This document shows positions 10,037 through 18,662 of a stretch of DNA of 20,000 nt, piece by piece (the first letter of the stretch is position 1; each line of letters begins with the position of its first letter). A program made the translations under genes and the position numbers. Below the pieces are notes generated by a model, which saw nothing but the letters and a program-made list of their open reading frames with translations, was not told the DNA's origin and made no database searches. Source of the stretch: an uncultured virus (IMG/VR IMGVR_UViG_3300037634_007270) (Duplodnaviria > Heunggongvirae > Uroviricota > Caudoviricetes); IMG/VR virus record IMGVR_UViG_3300037634_007270, one strand, 5' to 3'.

Positions 10037-13000
10037 ATGAGTCTAACAAAAAAATATATTTATGTCCATCATTGCAGCTTTTCGTTAACACTGGATAATA
10101 TTCGTAATGTTATGGGAAGGTTTTGGATCCAGAGTAAGAATACTGGCATGCAATATGGGTTTCCTGTTGATCTTAAGCCATATAAGATGGTTTTTGGCCC
10201 AATAACTTCTTGGTCAAGGCGCTATTGGGGCGCCACAACCCTCCCAGCAAAAACACAGCTTGTTCGCATTGTCGCAAATCCAGATCTTTTTCCAACCTCA
10301 TGGATCTCGTCTGAACCGGTTCAGCTGGATATCCATGGTAATCCGGTACCATCAGAGGAAGAAGAGTGTTGTGGTTGGGAAGATTATCTTAAAAAAATTG
10401 ATTTCGACAATCATTTTACAAATGGAAATCCATCTCAAATATTAAGAAAAATCATCAACACGCGCCTTCACGCTTTAAGTGCCGGCGCAGCTACTGCTTC
10501 GTATGAAGATCCTATCTTTGGCGCTGATGGGTGCGAAGGGTATGTCCAGCCAAAATTGTCACCGCCTGAGCCGCCTGAGTTGCCTGCGGCTGTCAAGCCC
10601 CTTTCCTTCTCCATATCACCGCCCGATATCGGCCCATCCGATCCACCACCGATTCGGGCACCTGGTACCGTATCACTGCCCGATATCGGCCCATCCGATC
10701 CACCACCGATTCGGGCACCAGAAGTGCCGCAACAAGAAGACATAGGGCAAATTAGGGTATATAGGGATTCATGGTTTGATATCAATACTCCTTTTTCTGG
10801 ACAAGAAGTTGATTTTTTTGAGGGAGAAACCTCCGCCCTGCATTCGAATGTTGAATTTGATTATAATTTCTATGCCAAAGGATATGAGGATATGCTGGCA
10901 AAAGAAAAAATCCCAGAAGCTAAAGTTCCAAACTTATATCTTAATATTGCTCCTGACGGATCTGTTCCGTTCATATTATATCTTAGGAACCAGAGCAAGT
11001 GCAGGTATCGTGAGTTTGCCAAGCTTATAACATATATCGGATATAAAGATCTTCTTATCCCAATCAAGAATATTTCTTGGGTTAAAAGTCTAGACATATA
11101 TTCTGAATCTTTGCCTCTAGAGGCAGAAATATCTTTCGGTACAGATAATCTAACGGCATATGCCAATTCCATAGAAGATTCTAAAATGGATGCCGTTGTG
11201 CTCCGAAGACTTTCCGAAGGCGCCGCAAAACGCGAGGGCGGATTAATCCTCGGCGCTCCATACACAGATTCTACGAACAATGGAGACAGCCCTCCACTGG
11301 AAGAAATTTCAAAGTTTTTCTTTGCAAAGAGATATTATACATCAACCAAGGCAGGCACATCTGTAAAACCAATTTTTGGCAAAAAAGATATTAAAACCAT
11401 CGATTTATATGAGTGGCTGTATGCGCAGAACTGGCCAGAAATACCACAAAATATAGTTCCATTCCCCGGCCCGCCCAACATTAATTCGAAAGAAGGCGGA
11501 GATCATATCTTCATCGGGCCCAATAACCCGAGCATAGCTATGTCGCTGGCAGAAGGGAAATATAAGAACAGTTTAGAATATATGGCAAATTTCTTAGTTC
11601 TCTCGGGAAGAGTTAATGAGCTTACAAACACATATCTTCGCTCATACGAGCAGATGATGCTGGGCAAAACTCCACATTCTGAGACTATTGCTTATAGGAT
11701 AGCCAAATTCGACACGGCGGCTGTTGCGGCCAATGACGCTCTTGTACAGGCTGCACTCAGTGAAGAAGGCATCCAAATCGAGTCACTTTCCGATAGTGAC
11801 TCTACTTCGGCAATCAGCGCTGATGGCTTTTCTGCCCTAGAGGAGGGTATAACCGATGCCATTTTAGCTGGCGCTGCCGATGGAGTCTCAGTTCAGCCAA
11901 TTCAGAATATATGGATATCTAATTCATCTAATGTTGATATTATAGAATATATTGACACCCAGCTTCTATATGACAAAAGATATACATATGTTGTTTATGC
12001 TTATCAGTTGGCGGTTGGAACGGAATATTTTTATTCGAAACAGCCAATCACGACAGAGCCCACCCCCTGTCAGGGCAAGTCTGGAATAACATCAGATATA
12101 TATGGGCCCCTGTCTGATGAGCAGGCATTGCTTTTACTTAATAATATGTCGACTTCTACAGATTATTATAATACGATAATTAATTTCGTCAACGAAGAAG
12201 TTATAAGAAATTTACTAGGAGCCGTTCCAACAGTATTCGATTGTGAAGGTACAGTAGTAATTGCCGCACTAGAAACATTTGAAGAAATAGTGCACAAGCT
12301 TGAGGGCGAATTCGGCGGCGCGTATTATACAGAATATGTTTCAACAGGCCACAAATTATATATTTTCTGTTATTGTTTTGATTATGAAATAGAAAACATT
12401 GGAATTCCTGGGCTTAAGATTCTTGGAGAATATTCGCCCCCTGCCGCTGACACGGGCGCAACAAAAGAAGAGCAAGAAGCTGCTTGTGAAATATATACAA
12501 AAATGTCTGAATACCTTAAATATGATCCTGAATTAAGTGAGAGTGATCTTCTTACGCTAGGCGCCGGCGACTACTTGGAGCCTGAAATAACTGAAACCTA
12601 CTATACGGCAGAGGAATGTCCGGATGTATATAAATACGGTACCGACGCCGGCTCCGCCGGCGGCTCAAAGTCCACGACATATACAGGGTGGCTTCCAGGT
12701 GAAATTACAAAGGAAGATCCTAATCCTGCTTCTGTTGCTGTTGACTATACGGTAGTGAAGGAATGGGAGGCGACATGCGAATGCCCTCCTCCCGAGCCCT
12801 GCTCGGAATTGTTTTTGGTAACATCGATTCCTTCGTTGAAGATCCATGAAGTTCCATATTTTACTTGGACGGGAAGGGTTAAAGATAAGCCGCCTGTCTA
12901 TCCAGATGTTGAAGTGGTTCCTTATCGCGCTGTCAACAACAAGCTTCTTTTCTTGCTTGGCGCTGGTATTGGCGACTATACTGCTCCACCTATTATCATT

Positions 13001-13867
13001 AATCAGCGTGACAAAAATTACTTTAAGTCTGTCCTCGGCGCCCAAAATATGAAAACCGGTTTGGTTAATTTTGGTTTCGACGATCCGATTTCTTTTTTTG
13101 AGGTGTATCGTTTAACCAGCGCGCCATTTAGATATGAAGATTTTTCTAAGGGAACCAGACGCGTATATACAACTAGGCTATCAGAATATCAAGATACGAG
13201 GCTAGATGCGGTATCGTTCATAGAAGATGTTGAACCTAATCAAAAATATTATTATATTTTTAGAGCTATTGATGTCCATGGCAATGTTTCGAATCCGTCG
13301 CCGATATACGAGATAGAGATAGCAGACAACGATGGCGCCATATATCCATTGGTGAGCATTTATGAGGTGTCTCCAAATTTAGATCTGGATTTGGATAAAA
13401 AAGCACAAAGACTGGTGCAGGTTAAGCCGGCTTTCTTGCAATCAGTGATAAATGAGGTGCAATCTGGGCTTGAGGATGCATCCAGTGCATACGAATCACA
13501 TAAAAATATTAAACTGGGAGTCCGAAATAAGAAGATTTGGAATAATAATTTCAAGCTAAGAATAACTTCGTGTAAAACCAGAAGGGCTATTGATTTAAAT
13601 TTGGGATTCAAGACGAAGTTTGTTGAACAAGAGGTTTGTGTAGAAGAAAGGAAGCTCATACCTTCAGTTCCCCCGGGGCTATCAATACCGGATTTAACTC
13701 CATTTCTTCCAGATCTCTGTGAAGACATCAGGCGGGTTCATGAAGGGCCAATTGTTAAGGTACCTGGTGCTGGAAGGCGTCCCAAATCAACTAGCCCTGG
13801 AACGCCAGAAAAGAGAGAAGGCTCTGTTGCCCCTAGCCCAACTGGTGGCAAAAAGAGCATATATTAA
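10037..13867 (+). CDS. Large putative virion protein (1276 aa) with fibronectin-III/Ig-like strand motifs and Pro- and Cys-rich inserts
   Basis: FN3-like patterns YIDTQLLYDKRYTYVVYAY and FIEDVEPNQKYYYIFRAIDVHGNVSNPS; internal 19-aa-period duplication; structural context. Confidence 0.65.
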   Translation: MSLTKKYIYVHHCSFSLTLDNIRNVMGRFWIQSKNTGMQYGFPVDLKPYKMVFGPITSWSRRYWGATTLPAKTQLVRIVANPDLFPTSWISSEPVQLDIHGNPVPSEEEECCGWEDYLKKIDFDNHFTNGNPSQILRKIINTRLHALSAGAATASYEDPIFGADGCEGYVQPKLSPPEPPELPAAVKPLSFSISPPDIGPSDPPPIRAPGTVSLPDIGPSDPPPIRAPEVPQQEDIGQIRVYRDSWFDINTPFSGQEVDFFEGETSALHSNVEFDYNFYAKGYEDMLAKEKIPEAKVPNLYLNIAPDGSVPFILYLRNQSKCRYREFAKLITYIGYKDLLIPIKNISWVKSLDIYSESLPLEAEISFGTDNLTAYANSIEDSKMDAVVLRRLSEGAAKREGGLILGAPYTDSTNNGDSPPLEEISKFFFAKRYYTSTKAGTSVKPIFGKKDIKTIDLYEWLYAQNWPEIPQNIVPFPGPPNINSKEGGDHIFIGPNNPSIAMSLAEGKYKNSLEYMANFLVLSGRVNELTNTYLRSYEQMMLGKTPHSETIAYRIAKFDTAAVAANDALVQAALSEEGIQIESLSDSDSTSAISADGFSALEEGITDAILAGAADGVSVQPIQNIWISNSSNVDIIEYIDTQLLYDKRYTYVVYAYQLAVGTEYFYSKQPITTEPTPCQGKSGITSDIYGPLSDEQALLLLNNMSTSTDYYNTIINFVNEEVIRNLLGAVPTVFDCEGTVVIAALETFEEIVHKLEGEFGGAYYTEYVSTGHKLYIFCYCFDYEIENIGIPGLKILGEYSPPAADTGATKEEQEAACEIYTKMSEYLKYDPELSESDLLTLGAGDYLEPEITETYYTAEECPDVYKYGTDAGSAGGSKSTTYTGWLPGEITKEDPNPASVAVDYTVVKEWEATCECPPPEPCSELFLVTSIPSLKIHEVPYFTWTGRVKDKPPVYPDVEVVPYRAVNNKLLFLLGAGIGDYTAPPIIINQRDKNYFKSVLGAQNMKTGLVNFGFDDPISFFEVYRLTSAPFRYEDFSKGTRRVYTTRLSEYQDTRLDAVSFIEDVEPNQKYYYIFRAIDVHGNVSNPSPIYEIEIADNDGAIYPLVSIYEVSPNLDLDLDKKAQRLVQVKPAFLQSVINEVQSGLEDASSAYESHKNIKLGVRNKKIWNNNFKLRITSCKTRRAIDLNLGFKTKFVEQEVCVEERKLIPSVPPGLSIPDLTPFLPDLCEDIRRVHEGPIVKVPGAGRRPKSTSPGTPEKREGSVAPSPTGGKKSIY
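10614..10719 (+). repeat. In-frame duplication with 57-bp period encoding S(P/L)PDIGPSDPPPIRAP twice
   Basis: 42 bp identical at 10621-10662 and 10678-10719 (gcccgatatcggcccatccgatccaccaccgattcgggcacc), extending to 49 bp with one mismatch. Confidence 0.95.
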
Positions 13868-13884
13868 CTATAAATTAATTTAAG

Positions 13885-13915
13885 ATGACTATTTAGATAT
13901 TAGAAGAACTATTTA
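13885..13915 (+). promoter_or_regulatory. Two tandem candidate late-promoter motifs ACTATTTA (13888-13895, 13908-13915)
   Basis: In the AT-rich 64-nt gap before the AGGAG SD (13921-13925) and ATG 13932; the first copy is the full ATGACTATTTA. Confidence 0.6.
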
Positions 13916-13931
13916 CATGTAGGAGAATAAC

Positions 13932-14831
13932 ATGGCTTTTTTAGATAATAGTGGAGACATTATTCTAGACGCGGTTCTAACGGACACAGGCCGCATGAGG
14001 ATGGCAAAAGGTGACGGATCCTTTCGGATTGTACATTTCGCCTTCGGAGACGAAGAGATTAACTATGCCAATTACACCGCAGTAACCTCTAGTGGATACG
14101 AAGATTTAGAAATTCTGCAAACGCCCGTCTTGGAGGCGTTTACCAACAACGCTTCCTCAATGAAGTCTAGGCTGATGACTTTGGCGGACACTACTCATTT
14201 GTATTTGCCTGTGGTAAAATTGAATGAGTCGTACTCAAATAATCATAAAAGATATTCTGCCGATAATGTTTTTATCGTCGCAGTAGATGAAGACACAGCA
14301 GTGACAGATGCTAGCCTTAATAATGTAACTGGCATATTTAACGGATGGAATCTCGATGACGCAAAGTCCTTTAGACTTGATCAGGGAATTGACAACAGTG
14401 CAATCTCTCCTACAATTCCAATCGACGGAGATTTGACAGAAACACAATATATTATTCAGATGGACAATAGGCTAGCTAGTCTTTATGCTCCGGATGGAAC
14501 TTCTGCTGCATCTGTTTCTTTTATTGATGACGACAATGTAGCAAGCTATTATGTAACTTTATCCAGTAATCCAAGCTATGTATCTTCGAACACGAATGCA
14601 GATGTTGTAACCGCCCTACAGGTGATTCAAGGCTCTAGGGGAACCACATGTGAGTTTAAGATTAAGGCGTCTACAAATTTGCAAACAAGTACTTATTGGT
14701 TTACCAGGCTTGGTGGCACCGTTACAACAGAAACTGTAGCGTGCCGTTATATTGACACTTTTATTAGAGTAACTGGTCAGAGAACAGGATATAGTGTTGA
14801 TATTCCTGTAAGATTTTTAAAGAAAGTATAA
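13932..14831 (+). CDS. Putative tail/baseplate structural protein (299 aa)
   Basis: Strong AGGAG SD; N-terminal LT-x-x-G-R...F-A-F-G-D motif resembles the start of tail-collar/DUF3751 (P2 gpH N-terminal) domains as I recall them. Confidence 0.7.
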   Translation: MAFLDNSGDIILDAVLTDTGRMRMAKGDGSFRIVHFAFGDEEINYANYTAVTSSGYEDLEILQTPVLEAFTNNASSMKSRLMTLADTTHLYLPVVKLNESYSNNHKRYSADNVFIVAVDEDTAVTDASLNNVTGIFNGWNLDDAKSFRLDQGIDNSAISPTIPIDGDLTETQYIIQMDNRLASLYAPDGTSAASVSFIDDDNVASYYVTLSSNPSYVSSNTNADVVTALQVIQGSRGTTCEFKIKASTNLQTSTYWFTRLGGTVTTETVACRYIDTFIRVTGQRTGYSVDIPVRFLKKV

Positions 14832-14846
14832 TATAGGAAAGAAAAA

Positions 14847-15929
14847 ATGGCAATTACATATAAGACTTTTAATAATGCCGATCTGGCAGTGACTAGGACT
14901 TTACTTCATGAAGTAATACCTATTACTGGATCGATTGTTTCCGGAACTTATGTCGAAGGCACCACAAATGAAACAAATATTAAGAACTATTCTCATGGAA
15001 TGTTTCAGAGTATTTATGACTATCCATATTTAAGTTCGTCGGCAAATCATATTATGGATATAACGGTAGGATATCCTGCTGATTCTGCTATGTCGAACTC
15101 TTCTCCGCTAGCGCAGCAGATGCAGCCAAAAAAGATTAATATTTATAATCAAATGTCTCAACTGCTTGTTGGCTTCGATCATACCGGCGCAATTCGTCCG
15201 TTTGATAAAGACGGGGACTTGACGGGTGGCAATAAAATTAAAGAAGCTTTTTTCATTACATTTGCTCGCCTATTGGTTAAAGACGAGATCCAGAAGAATA
15301 CATTTAGAATGTCATTCGCCACAGGGGGCACCGCCGGTAACTCACGCTTCTTGAACTCCATGACAGTTGGTGATTATGGAGCAGATAGCTCCTATAAGGT
15401 TAACTCCCCCGCCGGCGAGTATGGTATCTTATATACTAGCTCTGTCACGCCGAACGAAGAATCCGGTGTTGGACTTTTATATTATCAAGCAGGCGTTGCA
15501 GTGCTGACAGCATCCGTGTTCACCTCGTCCGCTGCAAATGATTTTGGGTCTAGTTTTGGATCTTCTGCGACTTCGGCGGATACTAGAAATATTAATACAG
15601 TTTTATCTGGTACTGCAATTTCTGCATCTGCCGACGGCTTCCGAACCCGCCTTATTAATGTCGAATTCAACAACACCACGGAGCTAAATTCTACAATTTA
15701 TTTCTGCCGTGCAAACCATAATGAATTCAACTATAGTTCGAACCCAACATATTTAACGGGAAGTAAAATAAGAGTTAAGGAAGTAAGTAAAGATCAGCCT
15801 TTGGCATATATTACTACCGTTGGACTATATTCAGCAGACAAAGAGTTGCTTGCTGTTGCAAAAGTCTCAGAGCCTCTTAAAAAGACTCCTCAAAATGAAC
15901 TGACTTTAAGAGTTCGTTTAGATTATTAG
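14847..15929 (+). CDS. Putative tail/baseplate structural protein (360 aa), paralog of 15939..17135
   Basis: C-terminal NEFNYSSNPTY...YITTVGLYSADKELLAVAKVSEPLKK...LRVRLDY; the GLY-x4-L-x-AVA motif resembles tail-collar/baseplate domains; AGGA SD. Confidence 0.72.
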   Translation: MAITYKTFNNADLAVTRTLLHEVIPITGSIVSGTYVEGTTNETNIKNYSHGMFQSIYDYPYLSSSANHIMDITVGYPADSAMSNSSPLAQQMQPKKINIYNQMSQLLVGFDHTGAIRPFDKDGDLTGGNKIKEAFFITFARLLVKDEIQKNTFRMSFATGGTAGNSRFLNSMTVGDYGADSSYKVNSPAGEYGILYTSSVTPNEESGVGLLYYQAGVAVLTASVFTSSAANDFGSSFGSSATSADTRNINTVLSGTAISASADGFRTRLINVEFNNTTELNSTIYFCRANHNEFNYSSNPTYLTGSKIRVKEVSKDQPLAYITTVGLYSADKELLAVAKVSEPLKKTPQNELTLRVRLDY

Positions 15930-15938
15930 GGGGCCGGC

Positions 15939-17135
15939 ATGCCCAATTGCCTGTACAAATTTGAGACCGATGATGTATTTCATAACAGAATAAAAACCCA
16001 TCCAGAGTGCGAGTTTTACATTTATGATTCTGTAGTCTATTATAAGAATCGCTCGCTTCAATCTGGATCTTTTACTCCAAGCGTTCCCAATGTTAAGCCG
16101 GGATTTGTTAATCTTTACGAGCTAAATGTCGATAGACTTTCTGGTGATACTGGATTAATATATCCTTATCTGACAAAAACCTCAAATGTCGAATCATTTA
16201 AAACAGTATCAATTTCACATTTTCATACTCAGTTCGATTATGGCACGAAAGTAACTGGCACTTATCCTCTGACTGCATCTATTGATCGAGAATATTTCGC
16301 TGCTAGTGCCACAAGAAAACATGTTGATGCACTAAAGAATGTTTTTGATTATTATTTGCCAATGAGCAAGCATTATAAATTCTCCTCTTCTTTGGGGGAA
16401 AAATCTTCACAGGCGCTAAATCTAATATCAGTTCCTTCTATTTTTTATGGCTCTTCAATTAAAAAAGGCTCAGTTGATCTGAGATATTATGTTACCGGTA
16501 CACTGGTTGGCCAACTTAAAGATGAAAATAGAAATGGAGAACTTATACAGGTTGCTCCATATGGAAGCACTAACTCTGGCTCCGTCGCCGGCACGGTGCT
16601 GTATAATGAAGGCTTCTTGTGCTTAACTGGTGCATGGGAAATAAATGATCGTCAATTAAAGTATACAGGTGGAGATTCTGTTGATTCCGGAAGGTGGCTA
16701 TATTTTGGTGTCGGCGCCAATGATGGTATTACTGGCTCGTCTGGAGAAACCGCCTCTACACAAACAAGAGCCTCAGCTAGTTTTTCTATGGCATTTTCTG
16801 GCACTCACTATGTTCCTGTTCTGACAATGATGGCGCACGCTCAGAAAGGAAAACTTAATCACTCTAACAACCCAACTTATATTGATTATGAGAGCAGCGC
16901 TTCTTTCTTGCCGCTTACAGGTACATATGTTTATTTAGAAAGAGATCGAACAATTAAAAATATTGTGAGCGCTTCTTATACTGAGCCAACAGCTAGTTTT
17001 AAAAAGATTACTTATATCAGCAAAATTGGCATTTATGATGAGTACAGAAATCTAATCGGCGTAGCCACAGTAGCCACGCCAGTTAAGAAAGAAGAAGAAA
17101 TAGACTATACATTCAAGCTTAAACTTGACATCTAA
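15939..17135 (+). CDS. Putative tail/baseplate structural protein (398 aa), paralog of 14847..15929
   Basis: C-terminal GKLNHSNNPTY...YISKIGIYDEYRNLIGVATVATPVKK...FKLKLDI matches the preceding gene; internal AGTVLYNEGFLCLT matches VGLLYYQAGVAVLT. Confidence 0.72.
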   Translation: MPNCLYKFETDDVFHNRIKTHPECEFYIYDSVVYYKNRSLQSGSFTPSVPNVKPGFVNLYELNVDRLSGDTGLIYPYLTKTSNVESFKTVSISHFHTQFDYGTKVTGTYPLTASIDREYFAASATRKHVDALKNVFDYYLPMSKHYKFSSSLGEKSSQALNLISVPSIFYGSSIKKGSVDLRYYVTGTLVGQLKDENRNGELIQVAPYGSTNSGSVAGTVLYNEGFLCLTGAWEINDRQLKYTGGDSVDSGRWLYFGVGANDGITGSSGETASTQTRASASFSMAFSGTHYVPVLTMMAHAQKGKLNHSNNPTYIDYESSASFLPLTGTYVYLERDRTIKNIVSASYTEPTASFKKITYISKIGIYDEYRNLIGVATVATPVKKEEEIDYTFKLKLDI

Positions 17136-17153
17136 ACTTAATCGTGTTATAGT
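17125..17153 (+). promoter_or_regulatory. Sigma70-type promoter with extended -10 for the resolvase
   Basis: TTGACA 17125-17130, 17-nt spacer, TG 17145-17146, TATAGT 17148-17153. Confidence 0.85.
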
Positions 17154-17158
17154 ATAGT

Positions 17159-17683
17159 ATGATCCTCGGTTTAGATATATCTACAAGTATAACTGGTGTT
17201 ACAGTAATCAGCAATGACGGCGAGATCCTTCACTGTGAAGCAATAGATACGAGAAATAAAAACCATTTCCCAACTCTATTCAATAAAGCCAGTAAAATAG
17301 AAGACTATCTCCTCGACATCGAGTATAAGTATGACATCAAGCACATCTATATCGAGAAGAGCTTGCAGACATTCCGCTCTGGCTTCTCATCAGCAAAGAC
17401 ACTCTCAACTCTCGCATCCTTTAACGGAATAGTGAGTTGGATCTGTTGGGGGATCTGGAGCATTCAGCCCGAATACCTTTCAGCAACTTCCGCAAGAAAG
17501 TCTTGTGGCATCAAAGTTCCCAAAGGAATGAAAGCCAAGAAAGTCGTGATAGAATATCTCGTCGCAAACGAAGCAGACTTCTCAATAGAATACACAAAGC
17601 ACGGCAATCCAAAGCCACACGAGTTCGACAGAGCAGATTCTCTCGTCATAGCCAAGGCAGGATACAACTCTCTCTTGACATAA
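17159..17683 (+). CDS. ruvC: RuvC-like Holliday junction resolvase
   Basis: MILGLD (D6), IYIE (E66), D157-x-x-D160 (FDRADSLVIA); same order as the E. coli RuvC tetrad D7/E66/D138/D141; 174 aa. Confidence 0.85.
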   Translation: MILGLDISTSITGVTVISNDGEILHCEAIDTRNKNHFPTLFNKASKIEDYLLDIEYKYDIKHIYIEKSLQTFRSGFSSAKTLSTLASFNGIVSWICWGIWSIQPEYLSATSARKSCGIKVPKGMKAKKVVIEYLVANEADFSIEYTKHGNPKPHEFDRADSLVIAKAGYNSLLT

Positions 17684-17703
17684 CCCTCCTGCCGTGTTAT
17701 AAT
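17675..17703 (+). promoter_or_regulatory. Consensus sigma70 promoter with extended -10 for the primase
   Basis: TTGACA 17675-17680, 17-nt spacer, TG 17695-17696, TATAAT 17698-17703; then AGGGGG SD and ATG 17722. Confidence 0.9.
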
Positions 17704-17721
17704 ACATAGACAGGGGGTAAA

Positions 17722-18651
17722 ATGAAGAGCGAGAAGCTAAAGATAGTTCGTAATGCTCTTGGGCGCAGCTACAAGTCAGGAAACGAGTACTTATTCCATT
17801 GCCCGTTCTGTAGCCACGACAAGCTCAAGTTAAGCGTCAACATCGACAAAAACTACTGGAAATGCTGGATTTGCGACAAAAGTGGACGCAATATAGGCTT
17901 TCTGGTGCGCAGATTCGGCTCTCAAGACGACAAATTAGCTTGGTCAAAGTACGAAAATCGGGTTGAAACGAGTGATTTTGACTCACTTTTCGCCGAAAAA
18001 GAGGAAGAAATTGCCCCAAAAGTTGATCTTCCCAAGTCATTTTGCTCCCTCACAAGCAAAAAACGGGACACTGCGGCACTAAATGCCCGACAATACCTGC
18101 GAGAAAGGGGCATCGGCAAGCCAGACATCCTCAAATGGAAGATAGGTTATGCTTCAGCAGGTGAATACGAGGGTAGAGTAATCATCCCGTCCTTTGCCCC
18201 TGACGGGTTCGTAAGCTACTTTATAGCTCGTTCCTATGGTAGAGCATGGCCCAAGTATAAGAACCCCCCTACGAGCCGTAATATCGTCTTTAATGACCTT
18301 TATGTGGATTGGGAGGAAGATGTTATTCTCGTGGAGGGAGTTTTTGATGCTATTAAGGCAGGAAATGCTATTCCTCTTCTCGGTTCAACCCTCCGCAAGA
18401 ACACGAAGCTCTTCCAAAAGATCGTCGCGATGAAAAAAGAAATTTATTTAGCTCTCGATCCTGATGCGAAGAAGAAGACAGACAGAATAACAAACCTATT
18501 TAAGAGGTTCGGCATCGATGTCTACCAAATAGATGTCTCAGGTTACGACGATGTTGGCGAGATGTCGAAAGCAGAGTTTAAGAAGAGAAAGAAAGACGCG
18601 TCTGTTTTGGAAACTGATGACTATTTATTGGAGAAAGTATTAGCCATTTAG
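17722..18651 (+). CDS. dnaG: DNA primase (DnaG/T4 gp61-type; Zn ribbon + TOPRIM)
   Basis: CPFC (C27,C30) and CWIC (C48,C51) Zn ligands; YLRERGI, GRVIIP, KYKNP; TOPRIM VEGVFDA and ALDPD; C-terminal DVGE; 309 aa, shorter than cellular DnaG. Confidence 0.9.
   Translation: MKSEKLKIVRNALGRSYKSGNEYLFHCPFCSHDKLKLSVNIDKNYWKCWICDKSGRNIGFLVRRFGSQDDKLAWSKYENRVETSDFDSLFAEKEEEIAPKVDLPKSFCSLTSKKRDTAALNARQYLRERGIGKPDILKWKIGYASAGEYEGRVIIPSFAPDGFVSYFIARSYGRAWPKYKNPPTSRNIVFNDLYVDWEEDVILVEGVFDAIKAGNAIPLLGSTLRKNTKLFQKIVAMKKEIYLALDPDAKKKTDRITNLFKRFGIDVYQIDVSGYDDVGEMSKAEFKKRKKDASVLETDDYLLEKVLAI
18617..18627 (+). promoter_or_regulatory. Candidate late-promoter motif ATGACTATTTA in the primase 3' end
   Basis: Exact 11-mer shared with 6614 and 13885; upstream of the AGGAG SD and ATG 18663. 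Confidence 0.5.
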
Positions 18652-18662
18652 GAGAAAGCACA

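Noticed and set aside
10614..10719. Repeat pair as a CRISPR array or DGR template/variable repeat
   Set aside because: Only two in-frame copies with a very short gap, no cas or reverse transcriptase gene, and no adenine-specific mismatches.
7407..12636. Sense-strand T4 late boxes TATAAATA at 7407 and 12629
   Set aside because: Both are deep inside CDSs, far from any start; expected by chance in AT-rich DNA.
13871..13882. Palindrome TAAATTAATTTA as a terminator
   Set aside because: All A/T, too weak as a hairpin, and no U-tract follows.
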